A stretch of 37,035 nt of DNA. Origin: an uncultured Clostridia bacterium. Lineage in GTDB: Bacteria; Bacillota; Clostridia; Christensenellales; UBA1242. The notes below the pieces were generated by a model that worked only from the letters and a program-made list of their open reading frames with translations, did not search any database and was not told where the DNA came from. Every line of letters starts with the position of its first letter. The stretch's first letter is position 1. The translations under genes were made by a program, and so were the position numbers. Positions 1 to 8,927 of the stretch are shown one piece after another. The stretch lies in the NCBI GenBank assembly GCA_944383255.1, contig CALWOY010000055.1, forward strand, positions 1-37,035, in the 5' to 3' direction.

Positions 1-45
1 TTTAAATAAAATATGTCTAAAATTATTATAAAGTAAAAAAAATGT

Positions 46-74
46 TTGACTAATATAAAGTATTTTCTTATAAT
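46..74 (+). promoter_or_regulatory. sigma-A promoter of secD-secF
   Basis: TTGACT (46-51), 17 bp spacer, TATAAT (69-74), an A-tract upstream and a GGAG SD before ATG 99. Confidence 0.75.
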
Positions 75-98
75 TACTTAGTAATAATTGGAGATATA

Positions 99-1427
99 AT
101 GGCTAAAAGATTTTCTATCATAAACTATGTCCTTGTTTCAATACTAGTAGCAATAGGTTTATTTTTATCCTTTGCATCTTTTAAAATTCCTTTTTATGTA
201 AATGATTATGCGGGCTTTGCTGGGGCAATCTCGCTTTCTTACGATTTGGGTTCAGGACAAACTGCGGTATTTGATGTCGCGCCTATTTCAACAGACGCTG
301 ATTCGGTTACTGAAAAACAAATGGATGATACAGTTGAGTTTGTAAGGGATATTTTGGTTTCGTTTGGTGGGGCATATAACCAGGTCGGTGTGCAGAACCA
401 AAGTAGCATAAGAGTTCAAACTTTACAGTCAAATATAAGTTCTCAGTTAATGGAGGCACTTGGCACTCGCACTCAAATAATTATAAGAGGAGAAGCGACT
501 GAAGAAACAACTCAGTATGATATTCCTGCAAATACAATTAAAAGGTGTCTTGGAACTTATCAAACCACAAGTGCTTCGTCTACATCGTCTTCATATTCTT
601 ATGGTGTATATATTGAATTTAACACACAAGGGACTGAGCAATATAGAACGCTAACAAACTATGTAGCAGATAATGGGAATACTGTCTATTTTTATACTGT
701 TGATGGCACACAATTAGGCTCTTTTTCTGGAATTACAAGAGAAGTAACGACTGGTGCAACGTTTTTACCACTTTCGTCAGTAACATCTCAAGATGATGCT
801 AATATGAATGCAATAAATATTCTTATGGGTTCTTTGGATGTTGAATTAACAATGACTGAGAATGGAATTACGACTGCCTATCTTGGATATAACACAGTTA
901 ATTATGTAGGTATTGCACTTTTAGTTGCTTTTGTTTGTCTATCAATTATTATGATTGTTAGATATAGAGATTTGGGTTTAATTTCACTTTTAACTAGTCT
1001 TATAAATATTGTGCTTTACCTGTTTCTATTGCAAGCATTACCAATTGTGACATTGTCACTTAGTGGCATAGTTGGTTGTGTTCTTGGATACTGTTTAACT
1101 GTTCTTTGTCATATTGTTTTGTTTGAAAAAATGAAAAAAGAATATGCAATGGGAAGAAAAATATCATTATCATTTAAACTTGCATATAAAGATAGTTTGT
1201 TTACAATTTTGGACATAATGGCGATAGCATTAATAGGCAGTTTGGCATTGTATTTTGTTGGATTTGATTTGTTAAAATCATTCGCAATTGGAATATTTAT
1301 TGGAGGAGTATTATCAATATTTTCAATATATTGTGTCACAAGGCTTTTCACTAAATGGTATTTACCATTAAACAATACCAAAGAAAGTCACTTGGCTTTT
1401 AAAAGAGAGGTGACAGATGAAAACTAG
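99..1427 (+). CDS. secD: Protein translocase subunit SecD, divergent
   Basis: N-terminal TM, LSYDLGSG (cf. LGLDLxGG), large extracytoplasmic domain, then 5 TMs. TLSLSGIVG...LFEKMKKE, TILD and KSFAI align to the SecD C-terminus. Overlaps secF. Confidence 0.85.
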   Translation: MAKRFSIINYVLVSILVAIGLFLSFASFKIPFYVNDYAGFAGAISLSYDLGSGQTAVFDVAPISTDADSVTEKQMDDTVEFVRDILVSFGGAYNQVGVQNQSSIRVQTLQSNISSQLMEALGTRTQIIIRGEATEETTQYDIPANTIKRCLGTYQTTSASSTSSSYSYGVYIEFNTQGTEQYRTLTNYVADNGNTVYFYTVDGTQLGSFSGITREVTTGATFLPLSSVTSQDDANMNAINILMGSLDVELTMTENGITTAYLGYNTVNYVGIALLVAFVCLSIIMIVRYRDLGLISLLTSLINIVLYLFLLQALPIVTLSLSGIVGCVLGYCLTVLCHIVLFEKMKKEYAMGRKISLSFKLAYKDSLFTILDIMAIALIGSLALYFVGFDLLKSFAIGIFIGGVLSIFSIYCVTRLFTKWYLPLNNTKESHLAFKREVTDEN

Positions 1428-2496
1428 TATTAGGTCAAAAATGGAAAATAGTAAATATAAATTTGCTCAAAACTTTTGGTATCATTTGATTGCTCCACTT
1501 TGTATAATAGTTTTGGCGCTAATTTTAGCACTTTGTTTTAATTTTAATTTAGGATTAGATTTTAAGGGAGGAACAGTTGCAACTGTAGTTGTGGAAGAAG
1601 ATTTATCTGTTTCTAAAAATTATTCTAATGTCAAAACTACAATAGATGAAATTTTATCTCAAAATGGAATAGACGGACTAGTATATCAAAAAGAAACCAC
1701 TAACTATTATGGTGATGCAATTATCGTGAGATTTAATAGAATTAATGATACAGCAAGAGAAGAACTTAGGCAAGATTTAATTCAAGAATTTCATAGTGAA
1801 GCATCTCAAGATGATTTAGAACGATTTGTTAAAGTTGACAATTTTGAAGGTAATGTTGATAGTGCAGTTCTTACATCAACAATTTTAGCGGTTTTGGTTG
1901 CAATAATATGTACAATGATATACTTATGGATAAGACATGGAACAACCGCAGCGTTTTTATCATTGTTTGTTGCAATATTCGATTTAGTAATTTCAACATC
2001 GTTGGTAGCGATTGTTAGAATTCCGGTTGAGATGTCAACAATTATCGCTTTGGCTTTTGTATCTATGTATTCAGTGATAACCACATATTTGTTTGTTAAT
2101 GATGTGAACTCAAACATTAAACAAGAGAAATATTCAAAACTCGACAAAAATGAGATAGCAAATATAACAACAAAACGTGGAATAATACAAAAACTATCTA
2201 TTTCACTAATACTGCTTATATTCGTTCTTTTACTTGGTGTTGTACCAACCTATCAAGTAAGAAGTTTGACTATACCATGCTTGATTGGAGTAATTGTTGT
2301 GTTCTTGACATCATTATTTATAACCCCAGGTTTTTGGTCTTTAACTTATATGAAGAGAAAAGTATCCACAAAATCTCAAAAGCAAAATAAGCAGGTTGTA
2401 GAGGAACCAAAACTTGCTGAAGATGATATTACTAAAGAACCAGAGGTAATAGTAGAAACTGAGGAAAAAGAAAACATAAAGAATTCCGTAAAATAA
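1417..2496 (+). CDS. secF: Protein translocase subunit SecF, divergent
   Basis: FNLGLDFKGG motif after TM1, 6-TM layout, follows secD with an 11-nt overlap. Confidence 0.88.
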   Translation: MKTSIRSKMENSKYKFAQNFWYHLIAPLCIIVLALILALCFNFNLGLDFKGGTVATVVVEEDLSVSKNYSNVKTTIDEILSQNGIDGLVYQKETTNYYGDAIIVRFNRINDTAREELRQDLIQEFHSEASQDDLERFVKVDNFEGNVDSAVLTSTILAVLVAIICTMIYLWIRHGTTAAFLSLFVAIFDLVISTSLVAIVRIPVEMSTIIALAFVSMYSVITTYLFVNDVNSNIKQEKYSKLDKNEIANITTKRGIIQKLSISLILLIFVLLLGVVPTYQVRSLTIPCLIGVIVVFLTSLFITPGFWSLTYMKRKVSTKSQKQNKQVVEEPKLAEDDITKEPEVIVETEEKENIKNSVK

Positions 2497-2512
2497 TACG
2501 GAATTTTTTATT
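2478..2512 (+). terminator. Intrinsic terminator of secDF
   Basis: AATTCCGTA (2482-2490) / TACGGAATT (2497-2505) stem with the secF stop in the loop, then a T-rich tail. Confidence 0.75.
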
Positions 2513-2532
2513 AAAATTTTTAAGAATATTAT

Positions 2533-2561
2533 TTTGTAGAATAGTTGTTATGTAGTATAAT
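2533..2561 (+). promoter_or_regulatory. Probable sigma-A promoter of recJ-rel-hemZ
   Basis: TATAAT at 2556-2561 with TTTGTA/TTGTAG 16-17 bp upstream. Confidence 0.5.
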
Positions 2562-2603
2562 TAATTTATAAGGTGTTTTCTGCGGTAGCAGAAGGGTAGA
2601 TTT

Positions 2604-4994
2604 ATGAATTTGATTAAATATTATAACGAAAGTGCCGATAGCACTCGTATTTTGGAATATTCCAAACAATTTAATGTTGATCCTAAAGTTATGGAAATTA
2701 TCTTCTCAAAAGGATATACAACACCAGAAGAGATAAGTGTTTTTTTGACGCCTACTGACCAACAATTTGTTGATCCTTTTAAATTATCTGGAATGAAACA
2801 ATGTGTGGATAAAATAAAAAAAGCAATTTATGAAAAGAAACGTATTTTGATTTTTGGAGATTATGATGTTGATGGTATGTCTGCAACCGCCATTATGTTG
2901 AAGATGTTATCTAAAAAAGGTGTAAAAGCAGATTATTATTTGCCTAATCGTTTTGTTGATGGATATGGTCTTACAAATGATGTAATTGATAAATTGAATG
3001 CTGAATTTTCTCCACAATTGATAATAACTGTTGACTGTGGTATTACTTGTTATGAGCAAGTTGAGCATTGCAAGAAATTGGGGATAGATATCATAATCAC
3101 AGATCATCATGAGTTACCTGAAATTTTACCAGACACAATAATAGTTAATCCAAAAATTTTAAATCAAGAATACACATTTAATGGTCTATGCGGTACAGGG
3201 GTGGCGTTCAAAATAGCACAGGCAATTATGCAAGATGATTGTGAGGAATTTTTGCCAATTGCTGCCATAGCAACAATTGCAGATATAGTGCCTCTAAAAG
3301 ATGAAAATCGAGTTATTGTAGCAAAAGGATTGAAGTGCTTAAATAATTATTTGCCATATGGATTAAAACTACTATTCAAGCAAAATAAACTTAATTTAGA
3401 CCGTGTTGATTCAAGTGATATTGCATTTAAAATTGCCCCAAAACTCAATGCAACTGGAAGAATGGGAGATGCATCAATATCACTTAAACTTATGCTTGAA
3501 ACTGATATTGTAAAAATAAAAGAACTTTTAGGAAAAATCACAGAGTGCAACACCAAAAGACAGGACCTATGTTCCAAAGTCTTTGATGATTGCGAAGAAA
3601 TGCTAAAAGATAAAAATATGTCCAAATTACCAGCTATCATTTTAAAATCTGACAAGTGGGATAGTGGTATCCTTGGTATCGTATGTTCAAGATTACTTGA
3701 TATTTATAATAGACCTGTTATTTTGCTTTCGCAAAATGGAGACATTTTAAAGGGGTCTGCTAGAAGTATTGATGATGTTAATATTCATCAAGTGCTTAGT
3801 TCTGTGCATGATATTTTAGATGTCTTTGGTGGACACAAGGTTGCAGCAGGTTTGACTCTCAATGTAAAAAACTATGATGAATTTTGCAATAGAATATATT
3901 CATATATGATTCAAAATATAAGTGGGAGAGCATTTGTTCCAATCGAGTATTATGATTTACAATTAAAAGAAAATGATATGACGGAAAAATTCTATGATGA
4001 TTTGTCTTTAATTGAACCATGCGGTTGTGATAATCCGAAGCCTAAATTTTTAGTCAAAACAAATAGATTAAGACTTCGTCCACTTAAGCCAAATTCTTTA
4101 CATGCGTATATTGGTATAAATAACAAATTGAGTTTATTATTTTTTAATTATTTAAAGCATATAGGCAAATTAAATTTTGCAACAGAGTATGAGTTTGTTT
4201 TTGAATTTCAAGAAAAGCGAAAGGGAACTTATAAGGGAATTGTAAAAACTTTTAATACTAACAATGATATCAGGAAAAGTGCTGATAAATATCTTGATCC
4301 ATTCAAATTATCACAATTTAGATTTTCGTTTTTAAAAAAAGAACCTAAATATAACACATATGAAGTTGGGGAGTTGTTAGATTTTATAGTAGATTGTTCA
4401 ACCAATACTTTTGGTACAACGTTTGTTTCATATAATTGTGAAAATTATAGAAAATTCATCAACAACTATGATATTTCAAATATTTTTGATGTGGACATTT
4501 TGAACAAAGTAGCTACTGGGTTTAATTCATTGATATTATGTCCAACAGATTTAGAATTTGCTAAAAATTGCCAGAAAATAGTTTTTTTAGATGAGATTTA
4601 CGATACCACCTTTTTGGCAAAAATCAATGAAATTTCGGATGCTCAAATATTTATTCCAAAAAATATAAAAGGCGATAATAAATTACTTGTAAATTTAAAT
4701 TTAAATCGTGGAGAACTTAGTAAATTTTACAAAAATATTTTAAAATTAGAAAATTTAAAATTTACTGGGATTTTTGCCATTTTTTCATCTATGGTTCGTG
4801 ATTTAAAATATAATTTAAATTTCAATAATTTTCTTGCTTATTATTATATTTTATCTGAGTTAAATATTCTTTCTTCAAAGGTAGCAGATGGACTATTTTA
4901 CTTTGAAATAAATAAAAATATAAAAACCAATTTAAATGCTTCAAAAATATATAATACAATTAATTTTATAAGGAGGGTATATGCAAGAAATTGA
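2604..4994 (+). CDS. recJ: Single-stranded-DNA-specific exonuclease RecJ
   Basis: DHH family motifs GDYDVDG, TVDCG, TDHH and DHHA1 GGHKVAAG; long Bacillota-type C-terminal extension. Confidence 0.95.
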   Translation: MNLIKYYNESADSTRILEYSKQFNVDPKVMEIIFSKGYTTPEEISVFLTPTDQQFVDPFKLSGMKQCVDKIKKAIYEKKRILIFGDYDVDGMSATAIMLKMLSKKGVKADYYLPNRFVDGYGLTNDVIDKLNAEFSPQLIITVDCGITCYEQVEHCKKLGIDIIITDHHELPEILPDTIIVNPKILNQEYTFNGLCGTGVAFKIAQAIMQDDCEEFLPIAAIATIADIVPLKDENRVIVAKGLKCLNNYLPYGLKLLFKQNKLNLDRVDSSDIAFKIAPKLNATGRMGDASISLKLMLETDIVKIKELLGKITECNTKRQDLCSKVFDDCEEMLKDKNMSKLPAIILKSDKWDSGILGIVCSRLLDIYNRPVILLSQNGDILKGSARSIDDVNIHQVLSSVHDILDVFGGHKVAAGLTLNVKNYDEFCNRIYSYMIQNISGRAFVPIEYYDLQLKENDMTEKFYDDLSLIEPCGCDNPKPKFLVKTNRLRLRPLKPNSLHAYIGINNKLSLLFFNYLKHIGKLNFATEYEFVFEFQEKRKGTYKGIVKTFNTNNDIRKSADKYLDPFKLSQFRFSFLKKEPKYNTYEVGELLDFIVDCSTNTFGTTFVSYNCENYRKFINNYDISNIFDVDILNKVATGFNSLILCPTDLEFAKNCQKIVFLDEIYDTTFLAKINEISDAQIFIPKNIKGDNKLLVNLNLNRGELSKFYKNILKLENLKFTGIFAIFSSMVRDLKYNLNFNNFLAYYYILSELNILSSKVADGLFYFEINKNIKTNLNASKIYNTINFIRRVYARN

Positions 4995-7080
4995 AAACAT
5001 AATAATTAAAAATTTTGAATTAAATGATTATGATAAACAATTACTTTCATCTGTTTGCTTTAATATAAAAGATACAAATAGGACAAGTGAAATTGTAAAG
5101 GCTTTGATAGATTTTCGTTTAGATTTTCATTCTATAATTGCATATCTTGCTTATGAGAGCAATTATAATTTTAATGAGAATGTAGATAGTGATATTTTAA
5201 AAATTTATAATACACTAAAAAGTGCTTTTGTAATAACAGAAGGAATGTCAAAGCAAGAGCAAGCAGATGTTATACGTAAAATGTTTATTGCTATGAGCAA
5301 TGATGTACGAGTTATAGTTATAAGACTTTATATTATGCTTTATGATATTTCAAATTTTACTCTACCTATAACAAAAAAACAAAAGCAGATGCTTATAAAT
5401 ATTAGAGATATTTATGCACCACTGGCTGAAAGATTAGGGCTAAATTCTTTAAAATCAAATTTAGAAGATTATTGCTTAAAACTTTTGAGTCCTAAAACTT
5501 ATGAAAATTTATCTAAAAGCGTAATGCTTCAACGAGATGCAAATGAAGAGCAAATAAATATAACCAAACAAAAATTACAACAAATTCTTGATGAGCTAGA
5601 TTTAAAAGATGCTGTTATTATGGCTAGACAAAAACATTTCTCTAGTATATATAAAAAAATCAAAACAAAAGGTGAAAGTTTAGCAAATATTTATGATCTT
5701 ATTGCACTTCGTGTTTTGGTAGAAAAAGTTGAAGAATGTTATGCTGTTCTTGGTAAAATTCATGCTATATATAAACCAATGGAAGGTAGAATAAAAGATT
5801 ATATTGCTTCACCAAAACCGAATGGTTATCAATCACTTCATACTACCATTATTGCTGAGAATAAAAGACCGCTTGAAATTCAAATTAGAACTTTTGAAAT
5901 GCATAAATTGGCAGAGTATGGAGTATTTGCACATTGGCTTTATAAAGAAAAGAAAAACGGACTTGAAAGCGAACTTGATAAAAAAATATCTTGGCTTCGA
6001 GAGATTATGGAAAGTTCCAAAGATCTTTCAAGCGAAGAATTTATTGACACTTTAAAAACCAACCTTTGTGAAGGGCAAATATATGTTCAAACACCAAAAG
6101 GGAAAGTGCTAGAATTTGTTGAAGGAGCAACAGCACTGGACTTTGCGTATGCAATTCATTCTGATGTTGGAAACTTTTGTGTGGGTGCTAAGGTAAATGG
6201 CAAAATCAAACCTCTTGGCACAAAATTACAAAATGGTGATATTGTTGAAATAATTACTTCACAAAATTCAAAAGGCCCTTCAAAAGATTGGCTAAAAATT
6301 GTAGTTACTTCTAATGCCAAATCAAAAATAAATAGTTATTTTAAACATGAACTTAAAGAAGAGAATATTAGACTTGGTTTTAATATGCTTGAACAAGGTA
6401 TTAAAAATCGCGGATATTCTCCTGCAAAAATTCTTACTGATAAATATCTTGATATGAGTCATTTCAAATTTGCGTTTAAAACAAAAGAAGAATTGTTTGC
6501 TGCAATAGGTTATGGTACAGTATCTGCAAATAATATTTGTAACAAACTGTGCCAGATGTATGAAAAAGACCATCCTCAAGAAACTTTTGTTTCAACAAAT
6601 GATTCAAGTACCGCTCCTTCTTTATTGATAAAAAAGAATAAGGATGGCATATTAGTGGACGGGGACAGCGGTATGCTAATAAGATATGCTGGATGCTGTA
6701 CACCCGTTTTTGGCGAAGAAATTATTGGATATATTTCGCGTGGTAGAGGTGTTACTATTCATCGAAAAGATTGTCCAAATCTTAGATATTTAGAACAGGA
6801 AAGACTTATAGACGCGGTTTGGGACGATAGTGTAACATCAAAATCAACATCGGTTGTAATTAAGATAATCTCATCTACGTCAGATGGATTTCTGGCTAAA
6901 CTAACACAAGAAATTTTAAGTGCTGGTTATAAAATCTTAGGCTTAGAAAGTAAGGTTTTAGGCGATAAAACAAACACTACACTTAAAACCGAGGTTAAAA
7001 AACTTGAAGATATTACAAAACTAATAAATATTTTAAAATTGATAGGTGGAGTTGAAGAAGTATTTAGGGCAGGTAATTAA
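4981..7080 (+). CDS. relA: Long RelA/SpoT homologue with (p)ppGpp synthetase, TGS, ZFD and ACT domains; hydrolase domain degenerate
   Basis: RQKHFSSIYKK, IYDLIALRV, RIKDYIASPKPNGYQSLHT, EIQIRT..MH..AE.G..AHW.YK; TGS TALDFAYAIHSDVG; ZFD AGCCTP...IHRKDC. Confidence 0.93.
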   Translation: MQEIENIIIKNFELNDYDKQLLSSVCFNIKDTNRTSEIVKALIDFRLDFHSIIAYLAYESNYNFNENVDSDILKIYNTLKSAFVITEGMSKQEQADVIRKMFIAMSNDVRVIVIRLYIMLYDISNFTLPITKKQKQMLINIRDIYAPLAERLGLNSLKSNLEDYCLKLLSPKTYENLSKSVMLQRDANEEQINITKQKLQQILDELDLKDAVIMARQKHFSSIYKKIKTKGESLANIYDLIALRVLVEKVEECYAVLGKIHAIYKPMEGRIKDYIASPKPNGYQSLHTTIIAENKRPLEIQIRTFEMHKLAEYGVFAHWLYKEKKNGLESELDKKISWLREIMESSKDLSSEEFIDTLKTNLCEGQIYVQTPKGKVLEFVEGATALDFAYAIHSDVGNFCVGAKVNGKIKPLGTKLQNGDIVEIITSQNSKGPSKDWLKIVVTSNAKSKINSYFKHELKEENIRLGFNMLEQGIKNRGYSPAKILTDKYLDMSHFKFAFKTKEELFAAIGYGTVSANNICNKLCQMYEKDHPQETFVSTNDSSTAPSLLIKKNKDGILVDGDSGMLIRYAGCCTPVFGEEIIGYISRGRGVTIHRKDCPNLRYLEQERLIDAVWDDSVTSKSTSVVIKIISSTSDGFLAKLTQEILSAGYKILGLESKVLGDKTNTTLKTEVKKLEDITKLINILKLIGGVEEVFRAGN

Positions 7081-8496
7081 ATGAAAATTATTACAAATTA
7101 TGATACAATAAAAAACGATTTATACGATGTTATGCATCTTTATTATCCAGATAATGAAATTGATGATAATAAGCCAATTTTAACACACAAGATGCTACGT
7201 GATAAAAATAATGTTGAAAATATATATACCATAGAGGCCGATGATGGCACTTTTGACTTTTCAGAAAAACGTGTAATAGACCAAAAAAGTGGTGACTTGC
7301 TAGATGAAAAGCGTCAATTAAAGAGATTTGCAAAACTCAGTTTATACAAAATGCTCTCAAAACATTTTGATAAAAATATGCCTTGGGGTTCACTTACGGG
7401 AGTAAGACCCACAAAAATTGGTTATGATTTGATAAATCAAGGAGTACCGCCATATCTTTTGCAGCAAGCACTTATGGAAAATTTTTTATTATCTTCTGAT
7501 AAAGCCAGACTTGTTGAAATGGTTATACAAAATCAAAGATGTATAATAAGAAACGATAAACTGATTGATTTATATATAAACATTCCTATTTGCCCAACAA
7601 GATGCACATATTGTTCTTTTATTTCATCACAATATGATGCCGTTAAGGACATAATGGATAAATACCTCGAAGCACTTATTAAAGAAATAAATGCAACAAA
7701 AAAACTCATTCAAGAAAATGCTTATATATTAAGAACAATATACATTGGTGGAGGAACTCCAACTGTGCTTACGGATAAACAATTAGATTATCTTCTAGAT
7801 AACCTAAATTATCCAGTAAGTGAATTTACGGTTGAATGTGGTAGACCAGATACTATAACTAAAGAAAAACTTGATGTATTAAAAAAACACAATGTAACAC
7901 GTATTAGTATAAACCCACAAACTTTTAATGACGCAACACTAAAACGAATAGGAAGAAAACATACCGTAAAAGATACCATAATGGCTTATAAATTATCACT
8001 TAAATATGATTTTGTTGTCAATATGGACATTATCGCTGGGCTACCTAAAGAATCCTTTTCAACTTTTAAGAAAAGTGTTGATACATTAATGGAACTTGCT
8101 CCTGATAATATTACAGTACATACATTAGCAATAAAAAAAGGCTCGCTAATAAGTGAAGACAAACCAGAAGTTACTAATAAATTAGTTGATAAAATGATAG
8201 GTTATGCCGAAACTACATTGCACGATAATGGCTATAAACCTTATTATCTTTACAGACAAAAAAATCAATTGGATGGACAGGAAAATGTAGGCTACTTTAA
8301 AGAACATATTTGTCTTTTCAATGTCGATACAATGGAAGAATGTTTCTCTGTTATAGCATGTGGAGCGGGTGGAATTTCTAAACGTGTATTTAATTTAGAA
8401 AATAGAATAGAACGCGAAGCAAATGTCAAAGATATAAAACAATATATAGACAGAATTGACGAAATGATAGAGAAAAAAGCAAAACTTTTTTCTTAA
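7081..8496 (+). CDS. hemZ: HemZ-family radical SAM protein (coproporphyrinogen dehydrogenase-like)
   Basis: PWGSLTGVRPTK, LYINIPICPTRCTYCSF (CxxxCxxC), YIGGGTPT, PYYLYRQK; conserved position downstream of rel. Confidence 0.88.
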   Translation: MKIITNYDTIKNDLYDVMHLYYPDNEIDDNKPILTHKMLRDKNNVENIYTIEADDGTFDFSEKRVIDQKSGDLLDEKRQLKRFAKLSLYKMLSKHFDKNMPWGSLTGVRPTKIGYDLINQGVPPYLLQQALMENFLLSSDKARLVEMVIQNQRCIIRNDKLIDLYINIPICPTRCTYCSFISSQYDAVKDIMDKYLEALIKEINATKKLIQENAYILRTIYIGGGTPTVLTDKQLDYLLDNLNYPVSEFTVECGRPDTITKEKLDVLKKHNVTRISINPQTFNDATLKRIGRKHTVKDTIMAYKLSLKYDFVVNMDIIAGLPKESFSTFKKSVDTLMELAPDNITVHTLAIKKGSLISEDKPEVTNKLVDKMIGYAETTLHDNGYKPYYLYRQKNQLDGQENVGYFKEHICLFNVDTMEECFSVIACGAGGISKRVFNLENRIEREANVKDIKQYIDRIDEMIEKKAKLFS

Positions 8497-8502
8497 AAAT
8501 AC

Positions 8503-8531
8503 TAGACATATTTTATAACCTATGATATTAT
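8503..8531 (+). promoter_or_regulatory. sigma-A promoter of rpsO
   Basis: TAGACA (8503-8508), 17 bp spacer, extended -10 TGaTATTAT (8523-8531). Confidence 0.7.
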
Positions 8532-8539
8532 TTATTAGT

Positions 8540-8611
8540 CCTAAGGCACAGGTACACGACTTCCTCTATCGGTATTCTTTGTCTATGGCGTAACATTAGT
8601 AAGGAGGAAAT
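8540..8611 (+). promoter_or_regulatory. Probable S15 (rpsO) autoregulatory mRNA leader
   Basis: Imperfect hairpin (AGGCA/TGTCT, TAC/GTA, CGA/TCG) whose loop TTCCTC (8561-8566) is complementary to GAGGAA (8604-8609) in the SD region. Confidence 0.6.
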
Positions 8612-8872
8612 ATGGAAAAAGCAAGAAAGCAAGAAATAATTGCACAATTTGCACAGTCTAAAAATGATACTGGTTCTGCTCAAGTTCAAATCGCTCTTTT
8701 AACAGAGAGAATAAATGAACTTACTGAACATTTGAAAGTTAATAAAAAAGACAATCATTCAAGACGTGGATTATTAAAACTTGTTGGTAAAAGAAAAGGC
8801 TTTTTGTCTTATCTTGAAAAGAAAGACATAGATGCTTATCGTGAACTTAAAAAACAACTAAACATAAGATAG
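8612..8872 (+). CDS. rpsO: 30S ribosomal protein S15
   Basis: [16 protein letters not shown]...[23 protein letters not shown]; SD AAGGAGG. Confidence 0.99.
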   Translation: MEKARKQEIIAQFAQSKNDTGSAQVQIALLTERINELTEHLKVNKKDNHSRRGLLKLVGKRKGFLSYLEKKDIDAYRELKKQLNIR

Positions 8873-8881
8873 TTATTTAGC

Positions 8882-8910
8882 AAGGGGGAAATTGCCCCCT
8901 TTTATTTTTT
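8882..8910 (+). terminator. Intrinsic terminator between rpsO and pnp
   Basis: AAGGGGG / CCCCCTT stem followed by TTATTTTTT. Confidence 0.85.
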
Positions 8911-8927
8911 ATTAAAAGAGGTATTTT

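Noticed and set aside
7081-8496. hemZ as evidence of heme biosynthesis
   Set aside because: HemZ-family genes sit at this locus in many Clostridia, their activity is uncertain, and no other hem gene is in the window.
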